A model generated the notes under the pieces. The model was not told where the DNA came from and searched no databases. It saw only the letters and a program-made list of their open reading frames with translations. A stretch of DNA of 38,101 bases from Promethearchaeota archaeon (GTDB lineage: Archaea > Asgardarchaeota > Lokiarchaeia > Sigyniarchaeales > SOKP01), in NCBI GenBank assembly GCA_048938025.1, contig JBHLMP010000014.1, forward strand, positions 1 through 38,101. Reading direction: 5' to 3'. The position numbers and the translations under genes are program-made. How positions within the stretch are numbered: position 1 is the stretch's first letter; the number at the start of each line of letters is the position of its first letter. Shown here in pieces: positions 27,683 to 36,225 of this stretch.

Positions 27683-29989
27683 ATGATAACTACACGAGAA
27701 TCAATTAATTATCAATTTTCACTTATATTTGGTTATTCTTCTCCAAATAATCTTATTGTTGGAGATATAATTGGTCCTGGAAAATTAACTAGAGAAAGAG
27801 TGAATGAACTTTCTCAAGGTGTAATAGAATTTTTAAGGATGTATAATGCAATTTTAAGAGATTATACTGGTTCAGAAGTCTTTAGTATCGAATTTGAGTT
27901 GTATAATCTCGATGAAAAAAGTGCTCGAATAAATATTTTCCCAAAATCAATGATTTTCATACCCGGTCAATATAAAGACTGTGAAAGTTTATTGCTTGCA
28001 TTAAAACCTGAAACAGGATATTTGGATGCCCATAAATCCCGTGAAGCTATAAATAATATAAGTAGATTATTTTTTGAAGTAGAAGAATTTACAGATCGAC
28101 CTGATTTAAAAAGTGAAGAGAAATTACAAGTATATAAAAGATTTGCTACGAGATTTAGCAAAAAACTCTTTGGAGAATTAATTGAAGATAAATGGAATAA
28201 AAAGTTAATTGGTTTAAGTACTTCGCTTCCAACAGAAAAAGAAATGATAAATACTTATGCAAGAGTCAAATCAGATGTAGAATTATTATTATATAAGCGA
28301 CCATACGAGATTAACCTTTTCAATTCAAAATTCGAGAGATTGAAAAGCCCTTTTGAGGGGCAACAGTCCATAGAACATATTAAATATTCTATATCAGAAC
28401 CTAGTGCTAATTTTATTGTGGATAAAACATTAAAGTTAGGAGCAAATTTAATTAATTTAGCAAATACTGGAACAATTGATGAATCTCAAGATAGAGTTAT
28501 CTCGTTTATTATTAACTATATTAAGCAAAAAACACATAACTTAAAGGATCCTTGCACAGCAAAATCATTAATTTCCTTTATTAATAGAATTTTAATCGAT
28601 TTAGAAAGATACCTGAATAAATTCATTGAATATTCTAACTCTTTTCTTACAACTGGAGAAATCGGAGATTTGCCTGAACTGTTAAAAAAATATAAGCAAT
28701 TTGTTGTAAATAAAGCTAAATTTGAAAATGAAGATTTTGAAGATATTTGTAATTTAGCGATTAAATCAATTGATCAATCAACAATTACTCAAACAAACTT
28801 AAGAGCGATAGATTTAAGCTCTATTTTTAATTATTTTTCAGAAATTATTAAAAATAGTCTTAATTTGGTTAAAGAATCTCTTCCAAAATATCTTTCACGT
28901 AGGAGATTAAAATCCTTAATTATTGAATTAACAAAAAATTTAAAGCAAAAATTCGAAAATGAACAAAAACCAGCGAAAATTCTTGGTCAGAAATTAATAG
29001 AAAAGTTTAAAGATCATATTTTTAACCAAATTGAAGTTAACCCAATAGCTTTATCGGGAGTTCTTAAATTTAATGAAGAAAGTATAATAAAAGAGTTTAG
29101 AAGATTAATTAATACAAATATTGAACCATTTTTCAATAACATAAAACTAGATATGGGAGATTTAGTATCTTTTGTGGAAATACAAATGGATAAAGATATT
29201 AATATTATTAGAGAGCATATAGAGAAATTTAAGACTTTTTCGAGTGAATTATCTTATCTATTAAGCTATATCCTTAGATATACAACAATTAACAGGTATA
29301 TAAAAGAGGAACCTGATAAAGAGATAGCCGATCCAGTTACATTTGCCACCAGATTTCATCGGTTTTTAGAAAAACGGATAGGGGGAATTAATTTAACATG
29401 GAAATCTTATATTTTAGAATGGTTAAATGATTATACCAAAAAATTCTTTAAATTAGAAGAAAGAAAAGAATGGACCCTAGATGAGATATACAATGATTTC
29501 ATTAGCTATTTTGAAGAAAGAGAAACAAATGAGCAAAAGCTTGAGCATTTTTTAAAATTTTTAGATACGTATATAGCTCGGATATCAAATATTGAGGAAA
29601 AGAATTTATTAATTGAATTTTATAAGCAATATGATTTAAGCATAAATATTAGTACTGAATTTCCGAAGTATGTTAATAATAAAATTAAACAAGAAATAAG
29701 TATACTTAGCCCTCAATTTGAAGAGCAAGTTCCTATCAACTTTTTTAATCTAAATGGTGAGGACCACTTTTATGATTATATTAAAGAGTTGGAGTTAAAA
29801 TATTTTTCAAAATTGATCCCTAGACCATTAACTCTCATTTTAAAACATAATTTAACAAGCAAAGAGAAAGAATTATTTGGGGGAGATCTTTTTCATGTAT
29901 TAAACTTTAAGTTTTGGCATACTAATTCTAGATTTGAATTAGCAGATAATTTTAAAGAAGTATATAGAGAGTGGTTAAAGGAACTATGA
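27683..29989 (+). CDS. Large hypothetical, mainly alpha-helical protein (768 aa)
   Basis: Long ORF with no recognised motif. Confidence 0.8.
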   Translation: MITTRESINYQFSLIFGYSSPNNLIVGDIIGPGKLTRERVNELSQGVIEFLRMYNAILRDYTGSEVFSIEFELYNLDEKSARINIFPKSMIFIPGQYKDCESLLLALKPETGYLDAHKSREAINNISRLFFEVEEFTDRPDLKSEEKLQVYKRFATRFSKKLFGELIEDKWNKKLIGLSTSLPTEKEMINTYARVKSDVELLLYKRPYEINLFNSKFERLKSPFEGQQSIEHIKYSISEPSANFIVDKTLKLGANLINLANTGTIDESQDRVISFIINYIKQKTHNLKDPCTAKSLISFINRILIDLERYLNKFIEYSNSFLTTGEIGDLPELLKKYKQFVVNKAKFENEDFEDICNLAIKSIDQSTITQTNLRAIDLSSIFNYFSEIIKNSLNLVKESLPKYLSRRRLKSLIIELTKNLKQKFENEQKPAKILGQKLIEKFKDHIFNQIEVNPIALSGVLKFNEESIIKEFRRLINTNIEPFFNNIKLDMGDLVSFVEIQMDKDINIIREHIEKFKTFSSELSYLLSYILRYTTINRYIKEEPDKEIADPVTFATRFHRFLEKRIGGINLTWKSYILEWLNDYTKKFFKLEERKEWTLDEIYNDFISYFEERETNEQKLEHFLKFLDTYIARISNIEEKNLLIEFYKQYDLSINISTEFPKYVNNKIKQEISILSPQFEEQVPINFFNLNGEDHFYDYIKELELKYFSKLIPRPLTLILKHNLTSKEKELFGGDLFHVLNFKFWHTNSRFELADNFKEVYREWLKEL

Positions 29990-32169
29990 TTAGTGGGATA
30001 AAAAGAAAGACAACCGCGGTTGAAAGTACATTTAGATTTTTTCAAACTGTAGATTTAATTATTTCCCATTTTAAGAGAGATGCTGATAAGCAAAAAATTT
30101 TTGAGATAACAAGTCAAAAAACCACTTTTAAAGACTTTTTAATTGCTACAGCGGTAATTCATATTTATCATAGTTTAGGTATTAGGGTTAAAGATACCTT
30201 AGAACTAAATAAATTTTCCTTTGATTCAACTAAAAATTTAGAACAAATTGAAAAAAAGATTTTAATAGAAGAAGTTGATACTTTATTAAAAGATTCATTC
30301 ATTTTAGAAATTGGTGTTCTCAATAAGATAATTGATTTAGAGAATAGATTTTTATCATTTCTAATTGAAGAAAGAAATTCTACACTTCCAGAATTTCAAA
30401 GGAAGCAAATGTTGAATGAGATTGAACAAAAAATTGAACAAGAATTATTAGAAATCATATTAAATTACCCTCCTTTTTATTTTTATGATTTGATTGGTGA
30501 TTTGATAGGATTAACTGACGAAACTAAATTACAAATCTTAGAAGAAAGTTCTGCTTTTAAAGATTTATCACTAGAAATTGAAAAAAAATTAGAACGAGAA
30601 GAGAAAGAAGATAAATTTATCGAATTAGCAACCTTAGGACGAATAATTGACAAAATCCGAAAAGATTTCGAATTCAAATCATATAAAGAATTACAGGTAC
30701 AGGCAATGCCAGTTAGAATGATAAAACGAAAGATATTTGAATTTAACTTCGATCGTTTTCCTATTTCCGTTCCTGGATTAAAAATCTTCAAAGAAACAAA
30801 CAACCTTAAAAAAGAATTGATAAGAAGAATTGAAAATGCACTAAAAGAAAAAAATAATTATGACCAATTTGAACAAAGTATTTTGAACTTTTTAAAATCT
30901 GAGTTATTTAAACAACTAAAAATAAATCCAAATGATTTCATTTATTTTCTACAGAGCCTGAATGAATGTAGTTTTAATGATTTAATCTATATGTTAAATA
31001 GATATGGAGTCTACAATATCTTATACTTCATGGATATAGACGAGTCAGTTATTGAAGAAGTAAGGAGAAATATGGTCAGATATAATATAACAAAAAATGA
31101 TCTTATAAATCCAAATGATCAAAGAAAAAAGCAAGTTATTGAGAAGGTTTTTTTGAAAGACTTGAAATTAAAGAATTATGCTCACATCTTATTCGTTTTA
31201 GATTTTGAAGATATCATAGAAAAATTAGTGAAAGATATCTTTTTTTATATATTATCAAAAATACTAAGACAACTTAGTCGAATTATTGAGTTATATCTTA
31301 AAATTTCAAATGATAAAACCTTATTTCTTTTAGCTTTAAGAAAAATATTTGGAACTACTGATTCTGAAGAATGGGTTAAGGTTAAGTTAGAGGAATTAAT
31401 AATAGAAAAATTAAATAAGAGACAAGAAGAGTTAGTTATAGTATTTAATGCGGATAATCAACCATTTTTAGTTAATGGTTTTATATTGGCACGATTGATA
31501 GGTATTCCTTTAAAAGAGGGAATTTTGGAATTGAGAGAGAACAATAGTCAAGTATATACCGGGATATCGCCATTAAAGTTAAAATCAGATCTAATCTCAC
31601 CAATTTCTTACTGTATAGGATATGATATAATTAAAAGGTTTGAAAACTTTGAAGATCAACGTAAATCAAAAGTAGAACAAATTATAGAATCCAAAGAAAA
31701 AGAAAGGGAAGAAAAAAAGAAGGAAATACGTGAAAAACAGGAAGTAAGTACATTAAATTGGATTGAACGCAGAATTACGAGTTCACTTATGAGAATTAAT
31801 AGTCCTGGTATCAATCCAAATCAGTTATATTGGCAAGAAAAAGATACAAAAATAGCTACTGATAATATTAAACTTCATAGTGAATTAAAAGGTGATCCGA
31901 TCGAGTTATTTGGTCAATTTTTTCATTTTGTAATAGAGAAAATCAATAGCTTTAATCCCAATATTAATTTACCTGATTATGGAACAATTAAAGATATTGT
32001 AAATGAAATTACAGTAAAAGTTTTGTTTAGAAGATTAGGGAACAATCCTACCCCAGAAGCAATGAGAAATTTACTTGATGGTGAAAGATATGAAATTGGT
32101 AAACAAATTGCCCAAAGAATAGGCAAATTGTTAGATAAGGCATTATACTCTAAATTTAAAAGTAAATAA
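29986..32169 (+). CDS. Large hypothetical alpha-helical protein (~727 aa)
   Basis: ATGA start/stop overlap at 29986-29989 favours MISGIKRK as the start. Confidence 0.8.
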   Translation: MISGIKRKTTAVESTFRFFQTVDLIISHFKRDADKQKIFEITSQKTTFKDFLIATAVIHIYHSLGIRVKDTLELNKFSFDSTKNLEQIEKKILIEEVDTLLKDSFILEIGVLNKIIDLENRFLSFLIEERNSTLPEFQRKQMLNEIEQKIEQELLEIILNYPPFYFYDLIGDLIGLTDETKLQILEESSAFKDLSLEIEKKLEREEKEDKFIELATLGRIIDKIRKDFEFKSYKELQVQAMPVRMIKRKIFEFNFDRFPISVPGLKIFKETNNLKKELIRRIENALKEKNNYDQFEQSILNFLKSELFKQLKINPNDFIYFLQSLNECSFNDLIYMLNRYGVYNILYFMDIDESVIEEVRRNMVRYNITKNDLINPNDQRKKQVIEKVFLKDLKLKNYAHILFVLDFEDIIEKLVKDIFFYILSKILRQLSRIIELYLKISNDKTLFLLALRKIFGTTDSEEWVKVKLEELIIEKLNKRQEELVIVFNADNQPFLVNGFILARLIGIPLKEGILELRENNSQVYTGISPLKLKSDLISPISYCIGYDIIKRFENFEDQRKSKVEQIIESKEKEREEKKKEIREKQEVSTLNWIERRITSSLMRINSPGINPNQLYWQEKDTKIATDNIKLHSELKGDPIELFGQFFHFVIEKINSFNPNINLPDYGTIKDIVNEITVKVLFRRLGNNPTPEAMRNLLDGERYEIGKQIAQRIGKLLDKALYSKFKSK

Positions 32170-32317
32170 AGCAGCTAGTAAGAATTATCTTCAAAACTTA
32201 AAATAACCATTAACCTTTCTGATTTGAGATATTTAAATTAATTTTTTAAAAATAACAAAGATATTAAAATGATATTTATTTAATTTATTTAAAATTTAAT
32301 AGAAGTAGAATCATCTT

Positions 32318-32593
32318 ATGGCTTCACTTTTTACTTGGATTAAAAAAGAACTCGGGTTTATTAAAGATTCCTTCTTAGAAATCATAAAAGGATTTATCTT
32401 ATTTATATTAGCGTTTTCAGGTTTAGGTTGTGCAATAGTAGTAAGATATCTTGGATATAATGGCACAATTATTTCCTTTCTTGGTGTTGCTACAGAATTA
32501 GTTGCCTTAATTTTATGTTATTTCATGTTTAAAGGGTATGTGAAACCTAGGGAAGAACCTGAACCTTCAAAACCAAAAGGAAAGAAGCTCTAG
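32318..32593 (+). CDS. Small 2-TM membrane protein
   Basis: Two hydrophobic helices and a charged tail. Confidence 0.7.
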   Translation: MASLFTWIKKELGFIKDSFLEIIKGFILFILAFSGLGCAIVVRYLGYNGTIISFLGVATELVALILCYFMFKGYVKPREEPEPSKPKGKKL

Positions 32594-32604
32594 ATAGATG
32601 CCCT

Positions 32605-33330
32605 TTAAATGAACTCTTCCCATGGTCTATCATTAATATGATGAGAAATTAGATATTCTTTAACTTCTGACAATAAAATTTTTGGATCATATTCCCAAAC
32701 TTCTTCTTTATTGAAAGAAACGCATTTTACCGTCTCAATATTTAATCTTGACTTAAATAAAATACCGTACATTGCTACTTGGGGTAAAGAGAGTAAAAAT
32801 TTTCCTTCTGGCTTGTAATCAATTACTTTAACAGCATTATTTTCAATTTGAATCAAATCAATATGCCCTGTAATGGTTTTATTTTCTTCCTTCTTCCAAA
32901 TCGGAACTTCTATCGCTACAGAATCCTTATCTTTAATTAAAATGTTTTTTAAAATGGGTTCATGTCCAGGGTCTCCTCCAAATCCACTTTCTTTATAACT
33001 TCTAAATACTCTCTGGGCATACAAGGGTAGTTTTGTATTGGAGTTTAACCGCTTTACTATCCCTGAACGAATTAAATTTTTACTAAAACTTCTAATAAAA
33101 GCTGGTTTAATGCCCCTAATCTTAAATTGCGAAACTCTCGGAAGATCTCGAGAATTGAATAACCTATTCGGAATTCTTCCTTCAGCTACTCTTTTAAAAT
33201 GTGCTTTAAGTCTATTTAATTCTTCTCGATTAGCTATTATTTGATAAAATTTTTGTTTATGATGAATCTTATTCCAATTGAAAGAATAGGGTATGTTTTG
33301 ATGTACAAAATGTTTTTGTTTAAGCTCCAT
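32605..33330 (-). CDS. PD-(D/E)XK nuclease (RecB/Cas4-like core)
   Basis: IEVPIW...GHIDLI...IDYK...QVAMY. Confidence 0.85.
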   Translation of the reverse strand: MELKQKHFVHQNIPYSFNWNKIHHKQKFYQIIANREELNRLKAHFKRVAEGRIPNRLFNSRDLPRVSQFKIRGIKPAFIRSFSKNLIRSGIVKRLNSNTKLPLYAQRVFRSYKESGFGGDPGHEPILKNILIKDKDSVAIEVPIWKKEENKTITGHIDLIQIENNAVKVIDYKPEGKFLLSLPQVAMYGILFKSRLNIETVKCVSFNKEEVWEYDPKILLSEVKEYLISHHINDRPWEEFI

Positions 33331-33577
33331 TGATACTCTCTTTTATATTACCAAATCACGTTTATATATTCAAGATATGTCTTAAATATAATTTAATGTT
33401 GTATTTTATTAAATAAAATGTATTAACAATTTATTAATTCATCAAGAAATTAATGATTCCGTTATCAAAAATTAATTATTTTTCACTTTCTTAATAAGGA
33501 AAGAGCAATCGCAAATCATAATAAACTTTAAACATCATAAAGGATAATTTATAAAATATAAAATATCTAAAAAGCAT

Positions 33578-33682
33578 GGACCTATAGCCTAGCCAGCCAG
33601 TTAGCCCGCCTAGCTTGCCTAGTATGGATAGGGCGTCGGACTTCTAATCCGAAAGTCGCAGGTTCGAATCCTGCTAGGTCCG
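33578..33682 (+). tRNA. tRNA-Arg(UCU) with 30-nt insertion in the D-arm
   Basis: Acceptor GGACCTA/TAGGTCC, anticodon arm TCGGA-CTTCTAA-TCCGA (TCT 33643-33645), T arm GCAGG-TTCGAAT-CCTGC. TATA-like TTTATAAA at 33548-33555. Removing 30 nt gives a canonical 75-nt tRNA. Confidence 0.9.
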
Positions 33683-33733
33683 CTCAATCTAATTCTAGAA
33701 ATAAATGATTAAAAAGAAATTATAATCGATTAT

Positions 33734-33937
33734 CTAATTTTCCATTAAGATTCGTACAAAATCATTTAATTCTGAAATTGCTAATATATCTTTTTTCTTA
33801 ACAGTTTCAAAGGACCTTTTATAAAACTCCAATTGGCATTTAACACATTCAATTATTTCACCATAGTCAATAATGCTCTCACCATGACACCTAGGGCATT
33901 CATATTTAGATTTTTTATTATCCATTTTTATGACCAT
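33734..33937 (-). CDS. Small zinc-ribbon protein (start may be ATG 33925)
   Basis: CPRC...CVKC. Confidence 0.75.
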   Translation of the reverse strand: MVIKMDNKKSKYECPRCHGESIIDYGEIIECVKCQLEFYKRSFETVKKKDILAISELNDFVRILMEN

Positions 33938-35676
33938 TTTCTTAATTTTTGTACCTCTTGATTATAAATTTCATTAGATTTAAAATATAAAGAAATTAGA
34001 TCCTTAAAACCAGTTGTTATGAATGATCTACTTTTAAATTTTATGTTATCTTCGATTTGATGAGATGAATATTGTTTTTTGATGAAATCCTTAAACTTTG
34101 AGAAATCTGTAATAGTAGGATTTTTATTAATTAGATCCTCAAATAAATCTAATATGTAAATATAATCCTCCAACTGCTTTTTTATATGGAAGAATCCTAA
34201 TTTCTTATTTTTATTAATTATTTGAGAAAATTCAGTTTTTAAATCATTAGAATTATGAAAAATTATTAATATTTTTTTTAAATTTTTAAGAATAGTTTGC
34301 TGAGAGATTAACTCATTAATTAAATCCGATTTCATAAGATTTAATGTATCTTTTCGCGTTTCAAATCCCAAACCACCTACACTAAAGTGTCTTATCCTAT
34401 CAATTATTAAAAAATCGAGGAGTGAAAGTTCTTGATTATAAAACTTGTTTTTGTAATCAATTTGAAATTCTATTTCATATTTTTTATTATAATCTCGATA
34501 ATTTGGATTAATAATTATTTTTTTTTGTTTATATTCTCTAAAGTAATTGAGATTTATCATATGCTTTTGAGATATACGAAATAGACAGTATTGATTAATG
34601 ATAATGTTGAATCTCTCTAACTTTTTAATAAAATTGAGAAAATCATTCAAATAATTATATGGGAGTATGACATATCCACACAGATCTACAGAAAGATTAC
34701 TAATTGAAACTTTAAGCGTAGAAAAAAACGGAAGATTCCCCAATATTTTTAAAATTAGAGCTTTTTTTAATATCGGATTGAATTGTAAAAATAGAGCAAT
34801 TACACATACATTTATAGCATTCCAATTCAATTGATAAGAAGGGGCAATAAAACTGTATTTCTTTATCCAGTTCATACTTTTTGTGAACTTTCTTAAACTT
34901 AAATTGGAATTTATTTCTCCATTTTCTTTGTATTCTTGAAAATATTGTCTGTAACTTAATAAATCTTTATAGGTTTTAACTTTATAAAATATATATATTA
35001 AACATCTAATAGTTTCAATGATTTCATCATTTATCATCGAACGAGAAATATAATTAGTAAATTCATGCAGAAATATATCATAGAATTCATCTATATTGTC
35101 GCTTATTAAAGATTTATTCGTTCTTAAATAAAAAAAAAAGAATTGAATTGGTGTATAAGAATTCTCCATTTCTTGAATTTTAAAAAATCCTTCAAGAATA
35201 TCAAAACTAAATAATCTACTAAAACCTTTTGTTAAAAAGTCATATTGTTTAAGGTTACTTCTAATAAGTGTTTTCCATTCATTTAAATTACTCTCTTTAG
35301 AAAGTTTAGATATAATAATTTGATTGATTATAATTTGTACAACATCGTATTTTCGCAATTCTTTTGGAATGAAAAGATTATATATTTCCCTTAAAAGTAT
35401 GAATTTGATAAACTTTTTGTAATCTTCGTTAATTTCTATTATCAAGATATTATTTTGAATAAATCTTCTAACCCCTATATTAAAAATATCGTTAAGTTTT
35501 GGATCTTTTGATGGCTTTGGTTTATCAATTCTAATATTTATGTTTTTATGAAAAGGATCCAAATTCAAATTTAATTTTATTTCATCAAGTAAAGTAAGAA
35601 ATACTAAATTAACATTATTAACAATGATTTCTTCAGACAACTTCTCTAAAGAGCTGATATCTGTGAATTCTTTCAT
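33928..35676 (-). CDS. Large hypothetical protein, possible Lrp/AsnC-related regulator
   Basis: FIAPSYQLNWNAINVCVIALFLQFNP followed by a ferredoxin-like beta/alpha pattern resembles the Lrp linker plus ligand domain. N-terminal FILLREIY helix. Confidence 0.6.
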   Translation of the reverse strand: MKEFTDISSLEKLSEEIIVNNVNLVFLTLLDEIKLNLNLDPFHKNINIRIDKPKPSKDPKLNDIFNIGVRRFIQNNILIIEINEDYKKFIKFILLREIYNLFIPKELRKYDVVQIIINQIIISKLSKESNLNEWKTLIRSNLKQYDFLTKGFSRLFSFDILEGFFKIQEMENSYTPIQFFFFYLRTNKSLISDNIDEFYDIFLHEFTNYISRSMINDEIIETIRCLIYIFYKVKTYKDLLSYRQYFQEYKENGEINSNLSLRKFTKSMNWIKKYSFIAPSYQLNWNAINVCVIALFLQFNPILKKALILKILGNLPFFSTLKVSISNLSVDLCGYVILPYNYLNDFLNFIKKLERFNIIINQYCLFRISQKHMINLNYFREYKQKKIIINPNYRDYNKKYEIEFQIDYKNKFYNQELSLLDFLIIDRIRHFSVGGLGFETRKDTLNLMKSDLINELISQQTILKNLKKILIIFHNSNDLKTEFSQIINKNKKLGFFHIKKQLEDYIYILDLFEDLINKNPTITDFSKFKDFIKKQYSSHQIEDNIKFKSRSFITTGFKDLISLYFKSNEIYNQEVQKLRKWS

Positions 35677-35829
35677 GATTCATTTAATTCCTCAAAATCA
35701 TATATATATTAGACAAGATAATTATTAATTTTTTTTTTTCCCTAAATGGAATTTTATCTTTTTTTCGTAGTTTAAATATTAACTTCTGGAAAGAGATAGT
35801 GAAGTTTCATATAATAGAGGTGTATAAAT

Positions 35830-35946
35830 TTGAAACTTAATACAAAAATAAAATTATTGCTAGCCTTAGTAACTGCTGTATCATCTTGGCTCCTATTATC
35901 CGCAAACGGTTTAGCTTCATTTGGTTCAGGGGAAGGAGGACCATAA
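35830..35946 (+). CDS. Small hydrophobic peptide, copy 1 (MKLNTKIKLLLALVTAVSSWLLLSANGLASFGSGEGGP)
   Basis: GAGGTG upstream of TTG, TTTAAATA at 35771-35778, downstream U-tract, and a paralogue differing mostly at synonymous sites. Confidence 0.7.
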   Translation: MKLNTKIKLLLALVTAVSSWLLLSANGLASFGSGEGGP

Positions 35947-36057
35947 CTCATATTTACCTTACATTATGATAAGCTAGCTATTTACTTTTTCTTTTTTTTG
36001 GAGTTTAAATAGTAATCTTTAGACTTAAAATAGAACTATTAGATTAGGTGTATTATT

Positions 36058-36171
36058 CTAAAGCTTAGAACCAGATTATCATTACTGCTAGCTTTAGTAA
36101 CTGCAATTTCATCTTGGCTATTATTATCTGCAAATGGATTAGCATTTGTAGGTGGTGAAGGAGGTCCTTAA
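36058..36171 (+). CDS. Small hydrophobic peptide, copy 2 (LKLRTRLSLLLALVTAISSWLLLSANGLAFVGGEGGP); start codon non-canonical
   Basis: AGGTG upstream. CTA sits at the position of the copy-1 TTG, with in-frame ATT at 36052 and 36055. TAA conserved; TTTAAATA at 36004-36011. Confidence 0.6.
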   Translation, partial: LKLRTRLSLLLALVTAISSWLLLSANGLAFVGGEGGP

Positions 36172-36225
36172 TTTTTATACTAAAAATATCATATTGAGCT
36201 AGCTATTTATTTTTTCTTTTTTTTC

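Larger units (their letters stand above)
35765..36225 (+). repeat. Two diverged tandem units (~230 bp): TATA - SD - peptide ORF - AGCTAGCTATTTA - U-tract
   Basis: AGTTTAAATA, AGGTGTAT, the ORF core and AGCTAGCTATTTA(C/T)TTTTTCTTTTTTTT (35972 and 36197) occur in both units. Confidence 0.85.

Noticed and set aside
9778-33244. Short track ORFs overlapping real genes (9778, 11826, 12279, 12692, 13921, 15700, 18721, 21810, 22367, 23551, 24922, 26910, 27967, 30483, 33038)
   Set aside because: They lie antisense or out of frame within better-supported CDSs and have no motifs.
35772-35951. Antisense ORF (MSYGPPSPEPNEAKPF...) over peptide copy 1
   Set aside because: The equivalent frame in copy 2 has no start and begins after a stop; the SD, TATA, stop and U-tract all support the + strand.
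35765-36225. CRISPR array or transposon ends
   Set aside because: Only two long diverged units with a coding-type substitution pattern; no spacers, cas genes, transposase or terminal inverted repeats.
33660-36225. Integrated mobile element at tRNA-Arg
   Set aside because: No integrase and no duplicated tRNA 3' end found in the window.
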